DNA from: a virus
Taxonomy: Duplodnaviria; Caudoviricetes
Direction: 5' to 3' (one strand)
Virus record (IMG/VR): IMGVR_UViG_3300028048_000047
Coordinates: 1 to 64,000 of that record
DNA length: 64,000 bases
Under the pieces are notes generated by a model. That model had not been told where the DNA came from. It saw only the letters and a program-made list of their open reading frames with translations, and ran no database searches. The position numbers were made by a program, and so were the translations under genes. Shown piece by piece: positions 59,143 through 64,000 of this stretch (position 1 is its first letter; each line of letters begins with the position of its first letter).

Positions 59143-60921
59143 ATGGTTAAGAGATTTGGTTATTGGGTTTTCGGTAAAGATATGAATAATGTTAAACTGG
59201 AAACATTACAGAAAAATGGTGTAACAGACATATTCTTAAACTACTATGCTTTTACTGCACATGGTAAAAGTAAAGTAGTGGCATGGATTAAAAAAGCAAA
59301 AAAGTATGGTATTAAAACTCATATATGGGTTCAATGTTTCTTCAATGGGGATTGGGTTAATCCAGTTAATATGGATTTAAATAAGAAACGGAAAGAAATT
59401 AAAGGATATGCTAATACTGAGGGAGTGTATGGTATACATTTAGATTATTTAAGGTATCCTGGTAATGCTTATAAGACAAGTAATGGTACTGCTACTATTA
59501 CTAAATTTGTACAGAATGTAAGGAAAGACAATCCAAAGGTCTTGTTGACTTGTGCAGTTATGCCTGAGGAAGACTGTAAAAAGTATTATGGTCAAGATAT
59601 TAGTGCATTAGCGAAAACAGTTGACCGTATAATCCCAATGCAGTACAAAGGTAATTATGAAGCAGGAACATCATGGTTGAAATCAACTACAAAATATTTT
59701 AGTGGTAAGGCGAAGATTTGGAGTGGTTTACAATCTTATAAATCTGATGATGATACTACTGTCTTATCAAGTAAAGAATTGTTAAGTGATGTTAAGACTT
59801 GTTTTAATAATGGTGCAAGAGGTGTTGTATTGTTCCGTTATGGTCTTGCTCCATCATTGAATTTAAAATCATATACTACTGAGAAGAAAACAACAACTAC
59901 TGCTAAATCAAGTACATCTACAACTTCCACTACAAAGAAAACAAATACAACAACCACTACTGCCTCTACTACAAAGAAAACAACAACTGTCGCTTCTATA
60001 AGTTATAAAACAATTGTCAGTAAAGCGAAAGTGATTGTGGAAAATGCAGAAAAGAACCATAAAAGTGTAGGTAAGAAATGGTCTTATTATATTGCAAAAG
60101 CAATACAAAATCCTAATAAAAGTATTAAAAAAGTAACATTTGATTACGCTTCAAAACCAATGGGTGATACATTTAATAATGTTAAAATTAGTAAAACCGA
60201 TTATATCGCATGTGCTAAACAATTAACTACTTTTGTGGAAAAAAAGAAACGATTAAGAAACTATTTGGACTTTGGTAAAAAACAAATAATAGTCAGGGAT
60301 TATACTTATACTCTTGCAAGAATATTAATTTATTATGATACAAATAAGAAATTACCAAGTAGTTCAAAAGTTAATACTGGTGTGTGGAAGAAACCTGAAC
60401 CACTTCACGATTATTTGACAAGTGAGGGTTGTAGTGGTATGGGTCAATGTAATGGTTATTATTGTGCTTGTAATAGTTTACAACAAATGTTTTATCGTTT
60501 AACTGGTATAAAAGTATCTGAATCAACAATTGCAGGTTGGGCAGGCACTACAAGTTCAGGCACAGACCATCCAGGAATTAATACGGCTGTTACTCAATTT
60601 AATAGGAAATATAATAAGAATGTTGTTATTGAATGGTATAATTTTAGTGATTTAGGAAGTAATGAAAGTGCAAGATGGACTAAAATAAGTAATTTCATTA
60701 AAAAAGGCGCAGTTTTCTTCCATTTGTTATACAGGAATCAATGGGGGCATTATGAGCCAATTAAAAGCGTTGGAGATTATTTAAAGATTTTAAACAGTCT
60801 TGGAGATAGTTGTGGTGATGGAACATACTGTGGTTACATTGAATCCCGTAGTAAAGGAGAACAAATAGACTACATTAATGGAATAAGTCAAAAGTCAGTC
60901 GCATTTTTATATAACAAATAA
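59143..60921 (+). CDS. endolysin: putative glycoside hydrolase + Thr-rich linker + pseudomurein-binding repeat + C39 peptidase
   Basis: GIHLDYLRYPG and IIPMQY (TIM barrel); DYIACAKQL..FVEK..RL.NY (PMBR); GQ..GYYCA...GHYE...ILNSL. Confidence 0.85.
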   Translation: MVKRFGYWVFGKDMNNVKLETLQKNGVTDIFLNYYAFTAHGKSKVVAWIKKAKKYGIKTHIWVQCFFNGDWVNPVNMDLNKKRKEIKGYANTEGVYGIHLDYLRYPGNAYKTSNGTATITKFVQNVRKDNPKVLLTCAVMPEEDCKKYYGQDISALAKTVDRIIPMQYKGNYEAGTSWLKSTTKYFSGKAKIWSGLQSYKSDDDTTVLSSKELLSDVKTCFNNGARGVVLFRYGLAPSLNLKSYTTEKKTTTTAKSSTSTTSTTKKTNTTTTTASTTKKTTTVASISYKTIVSKAKVIVENAEKNHKSVGKKWSYYIAKAIQNPNKSIKKVTFDYASKPMGDTFNNVKISKTDYIACAKQLTTFVEKKKRLRNYLDFGKKQIIVRDYTYTLARILIYYDTNKKLPSSSKVNTGVWKKPEPLHDYLTSEGCSGMGQCNGYYCACNSLQQMFYRLTGIKVSESTIAGWAGTTSSGTDHPGINTAVTQFNRKYNKNVVIEWYNFSDLGSNESARWTKISNFIKKGAVFFHLLYRNQWGHYEPIKSVGDYLKILNSLGDSCGDGTYCGYIESRSKGEQIDYINGISQKSVAFLYNK

Positions 60922-60941
60922 AAAAAAGGAGGTTATCCAAA

Positions 60942-61160
60942 ATGGGTTTTTTAGATAAAATAAAAAGTTTATTCAAATCTAAAAAAGAAATCGTAAACAA
61001 AGAAACATTAAGAAAAGAACAAGAAATTATCGATGAACTATATGAAAAAGATGGTTTAACTGATGAAGTATTAGACAAACAAGTCGCTTTAAACATGAAA
61101 AGGAATAAATATGACATTCCTGATGAAAAGAATTTAAACAAAGATGGATGGAGTCAATAA
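60942..61160 (+). CDS. small lysis-cassette protein (DGLTD motif)
   Basis: AGGAGG RBS; follows endolysin. Confidence 0.7.
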   Translation: MGFLDKIKSLFKSKKEIVNKETLRKEQEIIDELYEKDGLTDEVLDKQVALNMKRNKYDIPDEKNLNKDGWSQ

Positions 61161-61214
61161 TATTAACTATTATTGATTTTATTCTTTATCTTTTTTTTAT
61201 GGGGGATATTTATA

Positions 61215-61406
61215 ATGTTATTTAAAAGATTTACAGAAATTATATTATGTGTACTAATTATAATCATAGGACTTGAATTTATAAATTTAATTTTAAATTG
61301 GAACATTAGTTTTTATTTAATTATAGGGTTCTGTTTAGTTATTGTTTTTGGTTTAGGTGCAGGATTTTGCAGATATAAAATTAGTGACACCTTATGTGAA
61401 AAATAA
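61215..61406 (+). CDS. two-TM membrane protein (holin candidate)
   Basis: two hydrophobic helices; GGGGGA RBS. Confidence 0.6.
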   Translation: MLFKRFTEIILCVLIIIIGLEFINLILNWNISFYLIIGFCLVIVFGLGAGFCRYKISDTLCEK

Positions 61407-61430
61407 TATTGTTTAAGGATTTGGTTTTTT

Positions 61431-61766
61431 ATGGATATTGATTTTAATGAATTTTTAAGGATAATGTCATGTATTTTGATTGTTTTATTGGTTTTTCAAG
61501 GTCTTGATTATATAGTTGGATTTGGTATAAATAATTATTTATTTATTTTATTCTGTATTGCTTTTGCTTTTACAATGGGTAGTATTTATCATAATATTAT
61601 TATTGCTCGGAATAGAAAGGAGCGTAGAAAGTTTGAAAAAGATATTCGTGGTGTTTTAGAGAATATTCGTAAGGACGGTTTAACCGATGACAATATTGAT
61701 GAATTGGAATTAATTCTTGCAGATACTGTGAAAGGTGATGAAGAGGAGGTTATTGATGAAAATTAA
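61431..61766 (+). CDS. two-TM membrane protein with C-terminal DGLTD domain
   Basis: paralogue of neighbours. Confidence 0.65.
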   Translation: MDIDFNEFLRIMSCILIVLLVFQGLDYIVGFGINNYLFILFCIAFAFTMGSIYHNIIIARNRKERRKFEKDIRGVLENIRKDGLTDDNIDELELILADTVKGDEEEVIDEN

Positions 61767-61950
61767 TTATGAGTTGTTCTGTAAAATTATGCTTGTTCTT
61801 CTTATTATTGTTTTTATTGCAGAAGGTTTAAATTGGATTTTTAAGTGTAATTTTAATCATCATTTGTTTCATATATTTTGGGTGTTGTTCAGTTTTAATA
61901 TGGGTATTTATATTGGTAAAAGGTGTGTTAATTATGAAGAAGATAATTAG
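61756..61950 (+). CDS. two-TM membrane protein (holin candidate)
   Basis: INYELFCKIM...EGLNWI...FSFNMG parallels 61431; GAGGAGG RBS. Confidence 0.6.
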   Translation: MKINYELFCKIMLVLLIIVFIAEGLNWIFKCNFNHHLFHIFWVLFSFNMGIYIGKRCVNYEEDN

Positions 61951-62065
61951 AGATTTTCATTCATGGAAGTTGGAATCTGATGATGAATTACTTGATGAAT
62001 GTGGAAAATTCGGTTTATCAGAAGATTTGTTGAAGAAGAATATTATGTTAAATTCAAAGTATTAA
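61934..62065 (+). CDS. 43-aa protein, GLSE variant of the DGLTD motif (not in ORF track)
   Basis: LDECGKFGLSEDLLKKNIMLN vs IDELYEKDGLTDEVLDKQVALN. Confidence 0.5.
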   Translation: MKKIIRDFHSWKLESDDELLDECGKFGLSEDLLKKNIMLNSKY

Positions 62066-62119
62066 TTAAAATTTTATGTTTAGTGGAAAAGTATATATAC
62101 TATGATGATTATAATTACT

Positions 62120-62272
62120 TATTGTAGTTCTACTATTTTCTTTTTTAGATAGAATGAAATCATTTAAATAACTCCATAAATGAAGGGGATGATGGAAAAA
62201 TCTTTGATATTCCTCATTCACTTCTATTTTTCAAATAAAGGTTTCTTTTTATGTTATACCTTTCTTTTTTTC
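62120..62272 (+). ncRNA. candidate small RNA (TATA, hairpins, oligo-T)
   Basis: GAAAAGTATATATA near 62086-62099; GAAGGGGATGATGGAA/TTCCTCATTCACTTC stem; AAAGGT/ACCTTT then T-run. Confidence 0.35.
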
Positions 62273-62375
62273 TATTTTAAAATTTATTTTGAAGATATTT
62301 TTAAATATGATTATATTCTATGAGTATATATGCTTTGTATATATTATTTTTTTTTAAAAAGGTTGTGATTCAATT

Positions 62376-62783
62376 ATGGCAAGGTATCCTATAAGAGTTA
62401 CTCATAGTACTATGAAAAGATTAAAAAGTTTAGCGATTTTACCTAATGAATCTTATGATAAGATTTTGAAAAGAATTCTTGATGCAAAAGTTGGTGAAGA
62501 TGAAATCGTTTATATGATTGATGATTTGAAGAGTTTATGTAAATTAAAATGTGTTATTGATTTTGGAGAGTTGGATAAAAATATATTATTTTTTGAATAT
62601 GAAGATAGTTATAGGTCTTCTTCTCCTCCTTTATTATCTTCAAATAGTTTAGTTAGTTCTGAGGAGTATTCAGATTTCCTTCACAGGTTAAGGGGAATTA
62701 ATGATTTGATTAGTGTATTGTCTTTGTTAGGTCGGAGGGAGTACACTATTGTTAATAATTTGAGATTGATTCGTTTGAGTTAA
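62376..62783 (+). CDS. ribbon-helix-helix-type regulator with extra C-domain
   Basis: PIRVTHSTMKRLKSL...ESYDKILKRILD. Confidence 0.7.
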   Translation: MARYPIRVTHSTMKRLKSLAILPNESYDKILKRILDAKVGEDEIVYMIDDLKSLCKLKCVIDFGELDKNILFFEYEDSYRSSSPPLLSSNSLVSSEEYSDFLHRLRGINDLISVLSLLGRREYTIVNNLRLIRLS

Positions 62784-62816
62784 AAAAAATATATTTTTTT
62801 TATTATGGGCTGAGGT

Positions 62817-63320
62817 GTGTTTATGATTCCTGATGATTATGATAGTTTGTCTGTTAAAACCTTGAAAAGTTTTTTAGATGGTTGTTCTGATGATGATTTA
62901 GTTGTTTTTAAATCTCGTAATAATTATTTGTTTAGTGGTTATGGTATTCAATGTGATGGTGATGGGTTGGTTTTGAGTTTTGATTCTACTCCTGTTTATC
63001 ATATGGAAGGTGGTTTGTTCAAGGATTTTAAGCATTATAATCATAATTGTATTAGTTTCGATTTGTTGGATTATCCTTTTTTGGATTGGATGGTTTTTGA
63101 AGCGTATAATAAATTGGTGAGTGAAGGTGATTTTATTGAGTTTTATGATGTTGATGATAGGTTGTTGGGTAGGTTAAATTATTTTGATGGATGCTATGTT
63201 GATGATAATCATTTGGTTATTTTAAAGGATTCTGATGTAAATTCTATGATAAAGGTTCAAGGGGTTTCTTATTTTGTTGATTTGGAGTCTGTGTATTATA
63301 TGAGGTTTTGTTTGTTTTGA
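62817..63320 (+). CDS. hypothetical protein
   Basis: ORF track; GAGGTG RBS. Confidence 0.55.
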   Translation: MFMIPDDYDSLSVKTLKSFLDGCSDDDLVVFKSRNNYLFSGYGIQCDGDGLVLSFDSTPVYHMEGGLFKDFKHYNHNCISFDLLDYPFLDWMVFEAYNKLVSEGDFIEFYDVDDRLLGRLNYFDGCYVDDNHLVILKDSDVNSMIKVQGVSYFVDLESVYYMRFCLF

Positions 63321-63364
63321 TGTTTTTGAGTTATATTTATATAGTAGTTATATGTATATGTAGT

Positions 63365-63460
63365 ATTGTTCTTTTACTATCGTTTAAGTTGTGTCTTTTA
63401 GTTATCATAGATGAAAAAAAGTACAGGGATACTTTGTTTTAGTGTTCTTGTATTTTTTTT
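63365..63460 (+). ncRNA. candidate small RNA or terminator with G-U-rich stem
   Basis: TATA 63336-63343; stem 63414-63433/63441-63460 with 4 G-U pairs. Confidence 0.35.
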
Positions 63461-63559
63461 ATTATTATTATTTTTTTAGAAATGTTTTTATATTTTTATA
63501 GATTTTGGATATATATGTTTTGTATTGTTATAGTGTTTTAATTCAATAATATATATTTA

Positions 63560-63580
63560 AAACGAAACATTTATATAGTA
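63560..63580 (+). promoter_or_regulatory. archaeal BRE/TATA promoter
   Basis: AAACGAAACATTTATATAG; TATA 63570-63577. Confidence 0.7.
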
Positions 63581-63629
63581 GTAATATTATACTATAATAT
63601 AACACTAAACAAAAGGAGATAACTAAAAA

Positions 63630-63923
63630 ATGATACAAACAAAATTAACATTAAATCCAATATCATGGAAACAAATAAACTATCATAAAGAAGTTGAAAA
63701 ATTAATGTACCCAGACGGATTCCACAAAACAAAAAATCATGGATTGTGGAAATTAAGAACAAAACTAAACAACAGAGAATGGGAAGCAATAAAACACTTA
63801 TTTTCATTTTATGATAAAACAAGTGTACAAAAAAACATAATAAAAAACATGAAATATTATGGATGGGCAACAGTAAATCCTGTGGAAGTAATTAAAATAT
63901 TATATCAAATAAGAAATACATAA
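63630..63923 (+). CDS. hypothetical protein homologous to central domain of 10344
   Basis: LWKL...EWEAIKHLF...GWATVNPVEV; AAGGAG RBS. Confidence 0.7.
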   Translation: MIQTKLTLNPISWKQINYHKEVEKLMYPDGFHKTKNHGLWKLRTKLNNREWEAIKHLFSFYDKTSVQKNIIKNMKYYGWATVNPVEVIKILYQIRNT

Positions 63924-63938
63924 ATGGAGGAAAATAAT

Positions 63939-64000
63939 ATGTCATGGTATGATTTATGGAGTAACTGGTTAAATACAACAATAAGAGTTTTAAAATCAGA
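63939..64000 (+). CDS. partial ORF running off window
   Basis: GGAGG RBS; MSWYDLWSNWLNTTIRVLKS... Confidence 0.5.
   Translation, partial: MSWYDLWSNWLNTTIRVLKS

Noticed and set aside
2774-63870. Remaining minus-strand and nested ORFs in the track
   Set aside because: Almost all are antisense to or nested in credible + strand genes, low-complexity and lacking motifs.
63986-64000. GTTTTAAAATCAGA resembles the start of Methanobacteriales CRISPR repeats
   Set aside because: Lies in frame within an RBS-led ORF, single partial match at the window edge.

Overview
The window is most of the genome of a head-tailed (Caudoviricetes) virus with a contractile tail, almost certainly infecting a pseudomurein-walled methanogen (Methanobacteriales, Methanobrevibacter-like). 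Evidence: very low GC, archaeal BRE/TATA promoters (TTTATATA), and an endolysin with a pseudomurein-binding repeat and a C39 peptidase. All credible genes are on the + strand. Layout: 27-bp tandem array and AT-rich block (1-450, possible origin); early/accessory genes (0.6-12.3 kb: DUF4314, orphan adenine MTase, multi-AP2 proteins, SWIM finger, degenerate tyrosine recombinase); packaging and head genes (12.9-21.1 kb, TerL with a mini-intein); neck, sheath, tube, chaperone and tape measure (21.2-30.8 kb); baseplate (30.8-46 kb); modular fibre/adhesin cassette (46.6-59.1 kb); lysis cassette (59.1-62.1 kb); more early genes. No replicase or active integrase is visible. Most unusual observations: (1) a 47-nt tRNA-like minihelix (acceptor stem plus T-arm, no D or anticodon arm) between the tail-tube and chaperone genes; (2) an identical 19-aa peptide, with only synonymous differences, shared by two halves of an apparently split baseplate hub; (3) a class-3-type mini-intein starting with Asp; (4) a large structured RNA candidate in the head operon plus several promoter-hairpin-oligoT small RNA candidates; (5) abrupt G/T versus A/C skew flips centred on TATA promoters. 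Product calls come from motif recognition and synteny by eye; no database searches were run.
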